Assembly: GCA_045534235.1 (NCBI GenBank)
Contig: JAZSJI010000085.1
Span: 1-47,336 of the forward strand
Length of the DNA stretch: 47,336 nucleotides
DNA from: Candidatus Flemingiibacterium sp.
GTDB taxonomy: Bacteria > Bacillota > Clostridia > Oscillospirales > CAG-272
Reading direction: 5' to 3'
Below are positions 1-8,284 of this stretch, piece after piece. The first letter of the stretch is position 1, and every line of letters begins with the position of its first letter. The translations under genes and the position numbers were made by a program. Under the pieces are notes generated by a model. That model saw only the letters and a list, made by a program, of their open reading frames with translations, ran no database searches and was not told where the DNA came from.

Positions 1-1
1 C

Positions 2-811
2 ATCAAGTATCATCATCCCGAAGTTGGTGCTGCAGGCCAGTTTGAAATCGAGCCTATGTTAGGCCAGATGTCTAAAATGGCAGACGCAACCATGATGATT
101 AAATACATCATTCATAATACCGCATTAAAATACGGCAAGACTGCAACTTTTATGCCCAAGCCCGTATACAACGAAGCCGGCAACGGTATGCACGTGCATA
201 TGCTCCTTTTAAAAGACGGACAGCCTGTATTCTCAGACGATAACGGTTATTCACACTTAAGTGAAACCGCACACTACTTCATGGGCGGACTTTTAAAGCA
301 TATTTCATCACTTTGCGCATTAACCAATCCTTCCACCAACTCCTTCAAGAGATTGGTTCCCGGATTTGAGGCACCCGTTACCGTAGGTTATGCTACTTCT
401 AACAGAAGTGCGGTTATCCGCATTCCTGCATACGCAAAGAGCCCCGAAAAGAGAAGATTCGAGCTTCGTAACCCCGACGCTACCTGCAACCCGTACTTCT
501 GCTACGCGGCTATCCTTATGGCAGGTCTTGACGGTATCAAAAACAAGATCGATCCTCACGCAAACGGCTGGGGTCCGTACGACTTCAATCTTTTCCACTT
601 ATCAGACGAGGAAAAGGCGAAGCTTCAGGGACTTCCCACGTCGCTTCCCGAAGCACTTGATGCTCTCGAGGCAGATAATGACTACCTGACCGCAGGCGGC
701 GTATTCCCCACGGAACTTATTGTGAACTTCATTAAGGCAAAGCGTGCAGAGTGCGCAGAGCTTGCGAAGATCCCGCATCCCGCAGAGTTCGACAGATACT
801 ATAATCTTTAA
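2..811 (+). CDS. glnA: glutamine synthetase type I, C-terminal ~270 aa (5' end outside window)
   Basis: The frame is open from nt 2 (..IKYHHPEVGAAGQFEIEPMLGQ..), upstream of the ORF-track Met at 56. Motifs NPSTNSFKRLVPGFEAP, SNRSAVIRIP and RFELRNPD are GS-I hallmarks. TAA at 809-811 is followed by a terminator. Confidence 0.95.
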   Translation: MKYHHPEVGAAGQFEIEPMLGQMSKMADATMMIKYIIHNTALKYGKTATFMPKPVYNEAGNGMHVHMLLLKDGQPVFSDDNGYSHLSETAHYFMGGLLKHISSLCALTNPSTNSFKRLVPGFEAPVTVGYATSNRSAVIRIPAYAKSPEKRRFELRNPDATCNPYFCYAAILMAGLDGIKNKIDPHANGWGPYDFNLFHLSDEEKAKLQGLPTSLPEALDALEADNDYLTAGGVFPTELIVNFIKAKRAECAELAKIPHPAEFDRYYNL

Positions 812-820
812 TTTAGCAAC

Positions 821-856
821 AAAAAGCCTCGCTTTCGTATGAAAGCGAGGCTTTTA
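821..856. terminator. bidirectional intrinsic terminator after glnA
   Basis: Stem agcctcgctttc (825-836) / gaaagcgaggct (841-852), loop gtat. An A-run lies upstream and a T-run downstream. Confidence 0.7.
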
Positions 857-994
857 ACTTACGCGAGGGTTTTAGCGTTCGGGTATATTTTTGCTTGCAA
901 CGACGCACATTTTATCATAGGTGAGTCGATTTGCAGTAAAAAGTAAAGTATGCACACAAAAAGCGTGGACTACTTTTACATAGTCCTCAAGATA

Positions 995-1156
995 TTATTC
1001 TTCCTCGTCGTCGATTATAAGTCTGTTCTTAAAGCTTGATTTGAATGCCTTCAGCTTTTTGAGCGCATCCTCGAGATAAATAAAGCCCAAAACGATTGTT
1101 GCGACAAGGCTTACAACAGCGGCGCAAACCGCGATGATTCGGAGTGCTTTTCTCAT
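995..1156 (-). CDS. small hypothetical membrane protein, 53 aa (below ORF-track cutoff)
   Basis: Hand translation gives MRKALRIIAVCAAVVSLVATIVLGFIYLEDALKKLKAFKSSFKNRLIIDDEEE*. SD is aaaggaag, 8 nt before the ATG. It has one hydrophobic helix and its own promoter at 1239-1267. Confidence 0.45.
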   Translation of the reverse strand: MRKALRIIAVCAAVVSLVATIVLGFIYLEDALKKLKAFKSSFKNRLIIDDEEE

Positions 1157-1238
1157 ATTTATGCTTCCTTTCTGCGCTAAATCATTTTAATTGACGGATA
1201 AGTGAGGCTGTGCCTGCTTGTATCCGTGTGTTTACTTC

Positions 1239-1267
1239 AGTATACCACTATTTGTCGGAAAAATCAA
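1239..1267 (-). promoter_or_regulatory. sigma-A-type promoter for the 53-aa ORF
   Basis: Minus strand reads TTGATT-17 nt-TATACT with TGg immediately upstream of the -10 (extended -10). Confidence 0.45.
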
Positions 1268-1336
1268 TAGGTTTTGGTGAAAAAACGGCTTTGGACGGAT
1301 GGAACTTTGGGAATCGTTTAATGTTAGTCGAAAAGA

Positions 1337-1365
1337 TTGACAAGTAGTTCGAATTATTATATAAT
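1337..1365 (+). promoter_or_regulatory. consensus sigma-A promoter for the NusG_II/Gx operon
   Basis: TTGACA (1337-1342), 17-nt spacer, TATAAT (1360-1365), about 35 nt upstream of the ATG at 1401. Confidence 0.65.
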
Positions 1366-1400
1366 TATTATGTTATCTACTATACAAAGGGGGGCGGCAC

Positions 1401-1790
1401 ATGGGTGAGCTCACGTCTGATAAGCGTAAGATTCGCAACGATATAATATTCATAGCCGCGCTCGTTTTAATATCGGCTCTTGTCGGGCTTGGTTTTTATT
1501 TCTTTAGGACGGGTGGCGACACCGTTCGTGTGACGGTCAACGGAGAGCTTTACGGGGAGTTTTCGCTTGACGAGGACCGTACGCTTGAGATAATCTCGGA
1601 CGGCGGATACAACGTCCTCGTTATAAAGGACGGCGAGGCATACGTAGAAAGCGCGAGTTGTCCCGACGGAATATGCGCGGCACACAAGCCGATCTCGCGC
1701 AGTGGTGAGAGCATAGTGTGTCTTCCCAATAAGGTCGTAATTACTGCAAAAGCCCAAAATGACGGGGACGCACCCGATATTGTTGCGTGA
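1401..1790 (+). CDS. NusG domain II-containing membrane-anchored protein
   Basis: N-terminal TM helix, then VTVNGELYGEFSLDED...NVLVIKDGEAYVESASCPDGIC..HKPIS..GESIVCLPNKVVI, typical of NusG_II/DUF1312-like proteins. It is paired with a Gx transporter gene, as is usual in Firmicutes. Confidence 0.8.
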   Translation: MGELTSDKRKIRNDIIFIAALVLISALVGLGFYFFRTGGDTVRVTVNGELYGEFSLDEDRTLEIISDGGYNVLVIKDGEAYVESASCPDGICAAHKPISRSGESIVCLPNKVVITAKAQNDGDAPDIVA

Positions 1791-1798
1791 GGTGTGCG

Positions 1799-2305
1799 AT
1801 GAGAAATAAAAAAGTGGGGAAGCTCACCGTAATGGGACTTTGCGCCGCTATCGCGCTTATCCTTTCTTACGTCGAGGTTATGCTGCCGCCGATATTTTCG
1901 GCTGTCCCGGGAATAAAAATCGGACTTGCTAATATATGCGTGGTTTTCGCGCTTTATCGCTTCGGCGTTTTTGACGCCGCCATTATATCGCTCGTTAGAT
2001 TGATAGTAGTTGCCGCGCTGTTTGGTAACCCGATGACGTTTATTTACAGTCTTGCAGGCGCGGCTTTGAGCCTTGCGGTAATGGCGGTACTAAAACGTTT
2101 TAACTTTATGTCGGGCGTTGGAGTGAGCGTGGCGGGCGGCATAATGCACAACGTAGGGCAGGTGCTTGTTGCGATGGCGCTGCTCGGAACGGCTGAGATA
2201 GGCTACTATATGGTCGTGCTTACGTTCACAGGCGTGCTCTCGGGCGTGTTCGTCGGACTTTGTGGCGGCCTGCTCATAAAATACCTTCCGAAAAATAAAT
2301 TCTGA
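1799..2305 (+). CDS. Gx transporter family protein (heptaprenyl diphosphate synthase component I-like)
   Basis: Polytopic membrane protein with LSYVEVMLPP...PGIKIGLANI...LVRLIV...GGIMHNVGQ. I prefer the ATG at 1799 (gagg SD 6 nt upstream) over the ORF-track GTG at 1787. Confidence 0.8.
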   Translation: MRNKKVGKLTVMGLCAAIALILSYVEVMLPPIFSAVPGIKIGLANICVVFALYRFGVFDAAIISLVRLIVVAALFGNPMTFIYSLAGAALSLAVMAVLKRFNFMSGVGVSVAGGIMHNVGQVLVAMALLGTAEIGYYMVVLTFTGVLSGVFVGLCGGLLIKYLPKNKF

Positions 2306-2322
2306 AAAAATCTTATTTCCTA

Positions 2323-2351
2323 TTTATTTGTCGCAAAATATATGATATAAT
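2323..2351 (+). promoter_or_regulatory. extended -10 promoter upstream of the VanY-like gene
   Basis: TGaTATAAT (2343-2351) with a weak -35 (tttatt) 17 nt upstream. Confidence 0.4.
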
Positions 2352-2389
2352 GGTACTATCAACGATAAACTGTATAAGGGTGAGAACAT

Positions 2390-3898
2390 ATGAATAATAA
2401 CCGTACGCCAAACGGCAATAACAGACCGACGGGCGCACAAAATAATATACCGCCGCGCCCCGCGCAGCGTCCGCAGTCGGCACAGCAGGGAGCGGCTCCG
2501 GCAAGACGTACTATGCCTAAAGCGCAGAAGGCACCCGCCAAGGTGCAGTCTCAGCCCAAGAAGGCTCCGGCAAAGCTTACTCCCGAGCAGGCAGCGATAA
2601 ATCGCCAGAGAAGGGAACGCGAAAAATATTATACTAAAAAGCGCCGCGCGGCAACACGAAAGCTTGTCGTGACAAGACTTATACTTTTTGCCGCGGTTTT
2701 CGTCATTATGGCGGCTATATCGGCAGGACTGTTCTTCCTTAACTTAAATCACGTGTCCTCGACCGATTCCTCACGGTATACGTATTTTATTGGCGAAGAA
2801 AAGACCACGCTTCCGTACGGTAAGGCGGTGCGTGACGGCAGAGTTTACGTAAGCTTTACCGACGTTGCAGAGATGTGTGACCTCGTTCCTATGGGCTCGA
2901 AAACAGAATCTCTGACGTACGTTATCAGAGGCGAAAACGAGGAAAAGATACGCTTTGTTATCGGCTCGCGCGAGGTTTACGTCAACGGAGTCGAGGCGCG
3001 TCTTGGCGCGGAGTGCTACTACGAGAACGATGCACTTTACGTGCCTGTAAGCTTTGTTGACGCATATTTCAAGGGGCTCACCGTAGAGGTAAACGAGAAT
3101 AAGCACGAGGTCGAGATATCGCGTATCATAACTAATCTTAACGAAAAGGGCAAGCTTCCCAAGGGCGAGGAGGCAGAGTATGCAAGCCTTTCGCTGCTTC
3201 TACAGTCCACAGAGGCGATAAAGCCGCTTGATGAGGCGGCAGAGGCTATGGCACAGATGCCCGATCTCGGATTTGTAAATAACCTCACTATGTACGAGGA
3301 GTATATGAATCCCGGCAATACCGACGAGTATCTTGTACTTGTCAGCCCCCAGCACAAGCTTGACTCCACCTACGTGCCGCAGGATCTCTATTTTACTGAT
3401 GCAACACGTCAGGACGGACGTGCAAAGCAGCAGCTTCGCCTATACGCGATGATGTCGCTTGAGGCGCTCTTTATGGAGATGAAGGCGGCAGGATACGAGG
3501 ACGTCAGCGTTACGAGTGCGTATCGCAGCTACAGCTATCAGGAGCAGCTTTTCAATCAGTATCTCGCACAGTATAACGGCGACTACGATTACGTTGCCAC
3601 GTTCTCGAATCCCCCCGGCTCAAGTGAGCATCAGACGGGACTTTGCGTTGATATGCACAACCTTCCCGGCGCGGACGTTTCCTTCGCGAACGAGCCGGCA
3701 TACACCTGGCTTCGTGAAAATTGTTGGAAGTTCGGCTTTATTCTGCGTTATCCGCAGGATAAGACCGAGATAACGGGTATATCCTTCGAGCCGTGGCATT
3801 ACCGCTTTGTCGGACGCTATCACGCGCAGAGAATGTATCAGTCGGGTATGTGTCTTGAGGAATACGTGGCGTATCTTAACGGACAGAGTATAGGTTAA
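2390..3898 (+). CDS. membrane-anchored D-alanyl-D-alanine carboxypeptidase (VanY / peptidase M15B) with copper-amine-oxidase-N-like stalk
   Basis: Pro/Gln/Lys-rich N-terminus and a TM helix (LILFAAVFVIMAAISAGLFFL). Stalk motif DALYVPVSFVDAYF. The C-terminus has SAYRSYSYQEQLF, SEHQTGLCVDM and FEPWHYRFVG, the Zn ligands of VanY. Confidence 0.85.
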   Translation: MNNNRTPNGNNRPTGAQNNIPPRPAQRPQSAQQGAAPARRTMPKAQKAPAKVQSQPKKAPAKLTPEQAAINRQRREREKYYTKKRRAATRKLVVTRLILFAAVFVIMAAISAGLFFLNLNHVSSTDSSRYTYFIGEEKTTLPYGKAVRDGRVYVSFTDVAEMCDLVPMGSKTESLTYVIRGENEEKIRFVIGSREVYVNGVEARLGAECYYENDALYVPVSFVDAYFKGLTVEVNENKHEVEISRIITNLNEKGKLPKGEEAEYASLSLLLQSTEAIKPLDEAAEAMAQMPDLGFVNNLTMYEEYMNPGNTDEYLVLVSPQHKLDSTYVPQDLYFTDATRQDGRAKQQLRLYAMMSLEALFMEMKAAGYEDVSVTSAYRSYSYQEQLFNQYLAQYNGDYDYVATFSNPPGSSEHQTGLCVDMHNLPGADVSFANEPAYTWLRENCWKFGFILRYPQDKTEITGISFEPWHYRFVGRYHAQRMYQSGMCLEEYVAYLNGQSIG

Positions 3899-3901
3899 TA
3901 T

Positions 3902-4822
3902 ATGAACATTTGCACACTTACTAAGGACCTTTGCGGTCGATTCGGCTATGAGAGGGGACTTGACATAATCGCGGCGGCAGGCTTTGAGTCGGTCGACGTC
4001 AGCCTGTTTTACCCCGTTGACTCGGGTATTCTCACCGAGGACGACGACACGGTCCGCGAGTATTTTTCGAATATCCGCAAAATGATCGAACATCGCGGAA
4101 TGTACGTCTATCAGACGCATTCACCGTATCCGACTATTGTTGAGGATCACGAGAAAAATCCGCTTATTTACGCGGCGCTTAAAAAGGCACTGCTTGCATC
4201 AAGCGTGCTCGGCGCACGCCATTCGGTGGTCCACCCGTCGCACAGAGGAATAACATCGGACGGCAGATTTATAAAGCAGCTTTATTCAAACGATAAGGAG
4301 CTTGCCAGGGAAACGAATATCAAGTTTTATTCGGGGCTGATACCTTATCTTTACGAGTACGATATAAAGATCGCGATAGAGAATATGTGGGCAAACGATC
4401 CCGCTAAAAACAATCTAATCTGTCCTTCGGTCTGCTCAAGCCCGTACGAGATGGTAGACTACATCGACACGATGAACTCGCTTTGTAAGGACGAGCGGTT
4501 CGTTGCCTGCCTTGACGTTGGACACACCAATCTCTCTTGCCGCGATATGTCGGTGCGTGAGATAGTAAACGTGCTTGGACACAGACTAAAGTCGCTTCAC
4601 GTTCACGATAACGACGGACTTCATGACAGTCATACCGCGCCCGGATACGGCAACATTGACTGGGAAGGCTTCTGCCTCGGACTTCGCGACGTGGGATATA
4701 CGGGCGATTTCGTGTACGAGGCACATACGTTCCACCTTAAGTTCGCTGACGAGGTCGTTCCGTATTCGGCGGCGCTTCTATATCAGATAGCACGAAAAAT
4801 GTGCGATAAATACGGGCTTTAA
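3902..4822 (+). CDS. sugar phosphate isomerase/epimerase (xylose-isomerase-like TIM barrel)
   Basis: Motifs HSVVHPS, KIAIENMW and SLHVHDNDGLHDSHTAPGYGNIDW are typical of the AP_endonuc_2 family. Confidence 0.85.
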   Translation: MNICTLTKDLCGRFGYERGLDIIAAAGFESVDVSLFYPVDSGILTEDDDTVREYFSNIRKMIEHRGMYVYQTHSPYPTIVEDHEKNPLIYAALKKALLASSVLGARHSVVHPSHRGITSDGRFIKQLYSNDKELARETNIKFYSGLIPYLYEYDIKIAIENMWANDPAKNNLICPSVCSSPYEMVDYIDTMNSLCKDERFVACLDVGHTNLSCRDMSVREIVNVLGHRLKSLHVHDNDGLHDSHTAPGYGNIDWEGFCLGLRDVGYTGDFVYEAHTFHLKFADEVVPYSAALLYQIARKMCDKYGL

Positions 4823-4850
4823 TGCCGATTTAGTTTGTTAAAATGTATAT

Positions 4851-4880
4851 GCGCGGCGCACAACTGTGCGCCGCGCTTGT
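4851..4880 (+). terminator. GC-rich hairpin after the isomerase gene
   Basis: gcgcggcgcac / gtgcgccgcgc, an 11-bp stem with loop aact. The U-tract is weak (ttgt). Confidence 0.55.
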
Positions 4881-4905
4881 CATACATCACGAAAATTCAC
4901 CAAAA

Positions 4906-4940
4906 AGCCGCGCGGCTCTTGACAAAGCGCGGCTTTTTTC
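4906..4940 (+). terminator. second intrinsic terminator, overlapping the lysC promoter
   Basis: agccgcgc / gcgcggct, an 8-bp stem with a 13-nt loop, followed by tttttt. Confidence 0.5.
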
Positions 4941-4947
4941 ATATAAT
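4919..4947 (+). promoter_or_regulatory. consensus sigma-A promoter of the lysC operon
   Basis: TTGACA (4919-4924), 17 nt, TATAAT (4942-4947). Confidence 0.65.
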
Positions 4948-5004
4948 ATAATATGTGCATCTATTTTTTGTAAACTAAAATACTTATATATATGAGGTAT
5001 CATC

Positions 5005-6318
5005 GTGTTAAAGGTTGTAAAATTTGGCGGAAGCTCGCTTGCTGACGCTACACAGTTTAAGAAGGTTGCCGCTATTATAAAGGCAGAGCCCGAGCGTCGT
5101 TACATTGTGCCCTCTGCCCCCGGAAAGCGCCACAAGAGCGACACAAAGGTTACCGATATGCTTTATGCTTGCTATGAGATGGCGGCAAGAGGCGAGGATA
5201 TTTCGGCTCCCTTCTCCGAGATTGAGGCAAGATATAACGGAATTATCACCGAGCTTGGTCTTGATTTCTCGCTTGAGAATGACTTCCACCTTATTAAGAA
5301 TGCGTTTATCCACAAAGCGGGACGCGACTTTGCGGCAAGCCGCGGAGAATATCTCAACGGTAAGATACTTGCAAAGTACCTTAATGTCGATTTTATCGAC
5401 GCGGCAGAGGTAATATTCTTCAACGATAACGGTCAGTTTGACTCGGAGCGTACGAACAAGGTGCTTAGCGCGGAGCTTAAGAAGCACGATTATGCGGTTA
5501 TCCCCGGATTCTACGGTTCTATGCCCAACGATACAATCAAGACCTTCTCTCGCGGCGGCTCGGATATTACGGGATCTATCGTTGCGCGTGCGGCGGCTTG
5601 CGACATTTACGAGAACTGGACGGACGTTGACGGATTCTTAATGGGCGATCCGAGAATTATCGATGACCCTCGCGTCATAAACGAGATCACTTATCACGAG
5701 CTTCGTGAGCTTTCGTATATGGGCGCGACCGTTCTCCACGAGGACGCTATATTCCCCGTGCGCATCGCAGGTATACCGATAAATATTAAAAACACAAACA
5801 ATCCCGAGGCTCGCGGCACGTTTATCGTTGCATCGAGCGACAAGTATGATACGGGCAACGTTATAACGGGTGTTGCTGGCAAAAAGAATTTCTCGGTTCT
5901 CAATATCGAAAAGGATATGATGAATTCCGAGATCGGATTCGGCAGACGCGTGCTCGAGGTGCTTGAGAACAACGGCATTGGCTTTGAACATCTCCCGTCG
6001 GGTATCGACAATATGAGTATTATACTCAATACTAAGGAGCTTGAGGGCAAGCGCGATACTATTAAAAATGCTATCTGCCGTGCGGTAAACCCCGATACTA
6101 TCTCCATTGAGGACGGTCTTGCGCTCGTTGCAGTCGTAGGACGTGCAATGGTAAAGGCGAAGGGTACCGCGGCACGCGTATTCAAGGCGATAAGCGGTGC
6201 AGGCATCAATATCCGTATGATTGACCAGGGCTCAAGCGAAATCAGCATTATCGTCGGCGTCGAGGAGCAGGACTTTGAGGACGCACTCCGCGCGATTTAT
6301 CAGGAATTTGTTTACTAA
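5005..6318 (+). CDS. lysC: aspartate kinase
   Basis: GTG start with a gagg SD. Motifs VVKFGGSSLADA, VPSAPG, FSRGGSD. The C-terminal ACT-like region has VAVVGRAM...GINIRMIDQGSSEISI. Confidence 0.93.
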   Translation: MLKVVKFGGSSLADATQFKKVAAIIKAEPERRYIVPSAPGKRHKSDTKVTDMLYACYEMAARGEDISAPFSEIEARYNGIITELGLDFSLENDFHLIKNAFIHKAGRDFAASRGEYLNGKILAKYLNVDFIDAAEVIFFNDNGQFDSERTNKVLSAELKKHDYAVIPGFYGSMPNDTIKTFSRGGSDITGSIVARAAACDIYENWTDVDGFLMGDPRIIDDPRVINEITYHELRELSYMGATVLHEDAIFPVRIAGIPINIKNTNNPEARGTFIVASSDKYDTGNVITGVAGKKNFSVLNIEKDMMNSEIGFGRRVLEVLENNGIGFEHLPSGIDNMSIILNTKELEGKRDTIKNAICRAVNPDTISIEDGLALVAVVGRAMVKAKGTAARVFKAISGAGINIRMIDQGSSEISIIVGVEEQDFEDALRAIYQEFVY

Positions 6319-6335
6319 AAAAGAAGGCGAAACGG

Positions 6336-7142
6336 TTGTATAAAATATTCGATATTCACACGCACACGTATCCCGAAAAAATAGCCGATAAGGCTGTCAC
6401 AAGTCTTAACGCGTTTTACGAGTTCGTGTGCGAGGGTAAAGGCACGTACGCCGAGCTTGCCGAACGTGGCAGGACACACGGTGTCGTTGGAATGCTGCTT
6501 TTCTCTGTGGCGACCAATGCGCATCAGGTGGAAAAGGTCAATGATTCTATCGCCGCACTCGCAAAAAAATCGCGTGATGAGGGCTTTGAAACTGTTGGAT
6601 TTATGGGAATGCACCAGGATTTCCCCGATTTCGCGGCAGAGGTTGAAAGAGCCGAATCGCTCGGACTTCGCGGCGTTAAGATACACCCCGATATTCAGGG
6701 CGTTGACGTTGACTGTCCGCGTATGATGGAGCTCTGTGAGATAATCGAGGGGCGTATGCCGCTTTATTTGCATATGGGCGACCCAAGACCGCAGTACCGC
6801 TTCTCCGAGCCGAGAAAGCTTGCGCATCTGCTTGAGTGCTTCCCGAAGCTTGAGGTCGTGGCGGCACATCTTGGCGGTTACGGCGTGGCAGACGAGGCCA
6901 TTGAATATCTAGCCGGCAGACCTAACGTGTGGTACGACACATCAAGTGCAATTTGGTCGATGACACCAGAGAGGGCAGAGTACGTAATCCATAAGCTTGG
7001 CACGGATCGCGTGATGTTCGGCACGGACTATCCCGTTAAGAATATCGAGGGTGAAGTCGAACGCTTCATGAAAATAGACCTCGCCGAAAAAGAGCGTGAG
7101 GATATATTCTATAATAACGCAAAGAGATTTTTGAAATTATGA
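6336..7142 (+). CDS. amidohydrolase-family metal-dependent hydrolase (Amidohydro_2-like TIM barrel)
   Basis: TTG start after aagaagg. Motifs FDIHTHTYP, GVKIHPD, LYLHMG, AAHLGG, WYDTSS and MFGTDYP. Confidence 0.85.
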   Translation: MYKIFDIHTHTYPEKIADKAVTSLNAFYEFVCEGKGTYAELAERGRTHGVVGMLLFSVATNAHQVEKVNDSIAALAKKSRDEGFETVGFMGMHQDFPDFAAEVERAESLGLRGVKIHPDIQGVDVDCPRMMELCEIIEGRMPLYLHMGDPRPQYRFSEPRKLAHLLECFPKLEVVAAHLGGYGVADEAIEYLAGRPNVWYDTSSAIWSMTPERAEYVIHKLGTDRVMFGTDYPVKNIEGEVERFMKIDLAEKEREDIFYNNAKRFLKL

Positions 7143-8236
7143 AAATATGTCATTCGGTAAAGGAAATTTCCGTTTGCTGCGATATGTGGCAAACATTAAA
7201 AGAAAGCACAAAACCGATAGTGATGTACGGAATGGGAAACGGCGCGGATAAAATCCTCGCCGTTTTTGATAAGAAAGGCATCGAAGTCGCAGATTTCTTC
7301 GCCTCCGACGGGTTTGTGCGCCATCAGCTCTTTCACGGTAAGACCGTTATGAGCTATGCGGAAATATGCGAAAAATACGATGATTTCATCGTCGTAGTGT
7401 CGTTCGGATCAAGTTTATCCGACGTGCTCGCGAACATTTACCGCATCGACGCCGAGCGAGAGATGTATATTCCCGACGTGCCTGTCGTTGACGGCAGCGA
7501 TGTGTTTGACCTTGCGTTTTTTGAGCGTCATCTTTACGAGCTTAATGAGGCGTGCGACTGCCTCGCGGACGAGCTCTCAAAGCAAACCTTTTGCGATGTG
7601 ATACTGTATCGCTTAACGGGTAAGCTGGAATATCTCCGCCGCCATACAGTGACGCCGCGCGACGTGATGTGCGGTGTTCTGCACGCGGACAAGTACCGTC
7701 ATACTGCCGACCTTGGCGCGTACAACGGCGACAGTATACGCGAGCTTTGTGAGTATGCACCGAATATTGAGAGTATTGTCGCATTTGAACCCGACGCGCG
7801 CAATTATAAGAAGCTGACGGCTTTTTGTGAGGACGTATCCTTCAAGGTTGAGGCATATAACTACGCCGCGTGGGACAGCGAAAAGACGCTCGAATTTACC
7901 TCGGGCGGCAATCGTAACTCGACGCTTATCGGCTCGGTTGGCGTTATGACGGGGGCGAAGATAAAGAGCGTCGAAGCCGCGCGCCTTGACAGCGTTTACA
8001 CGGGCGAGTGCGACTATATCAAATACGACGTTGAGGGTGCGGAATACGAAGCGCTCATCGGATCAAAAGAGGTTATCGCACGTGAGCATCCCGAGCTTCT
8101 TGTGTCGCTTTACCACAAGAGCGAGGATATTTACCGTCTGCCGCTGTTGGTGCGCGATATTGGGTATACGAAGCTGTATCTGCGCAGATACGAATACGTT
8201 CCCGCGTGGGATCTGAATCTTTTAGCAATAGAATAG
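7139..8236 (+). CDS. FkbM-family methyltransferase
   Basis: ATGA overlap with the upstream stop. Motifs ADLGAYNGDS, VAFEPDARNYKKL and DYIKYDVEGAEYEALIGS. Confidence 0.85.
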   Translation: MKICHSVKEISVCCDMWQTLKESTKPIVMYGMGNGADKILAVFDKKGIEVADFFASDGFVRHQLFHGKTVMSYAEICEKYDDFIVVVSFGSSLSDVLANIYRIDAEREMYIPDVPVVDGSDVFDLAFFERHLYELNEACDCLADELSKQTFCDVILYRLTGKLEYLRRHTVTPRDVMCGVLHADKYRHTADLGAYNGDSIRELCEYAPNIESIVAFEPDARNYKKLTAFCEDVSFKVEAYNYAAWDSEKTLEFTSGGNRNSTLIGSVGVMTGAKIKSVEAARLDSVYTGECDYIKYDVEGAEYEALIGSKEVIAREHPELLVSLYHKSEDIYRLPLLVRDIGYTKLYLRRYEYVPAWDLNLLAIE

Positions 8237-8250
8237 TACCGATAGAGAAA

Positions 8251-8284
8251 GGACTCATCCGCCACGGATGAGTCCCGATTTTTT
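8251..8284. terminator. bidirectional terminator between the FkbM and GH2 genes
   Basis: ggactcatccg / cggatgagtcc, an 11-bp stem with loop cca. cgatttttt lies downstream and an A-rich run upstream. Confidence 0.7.
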
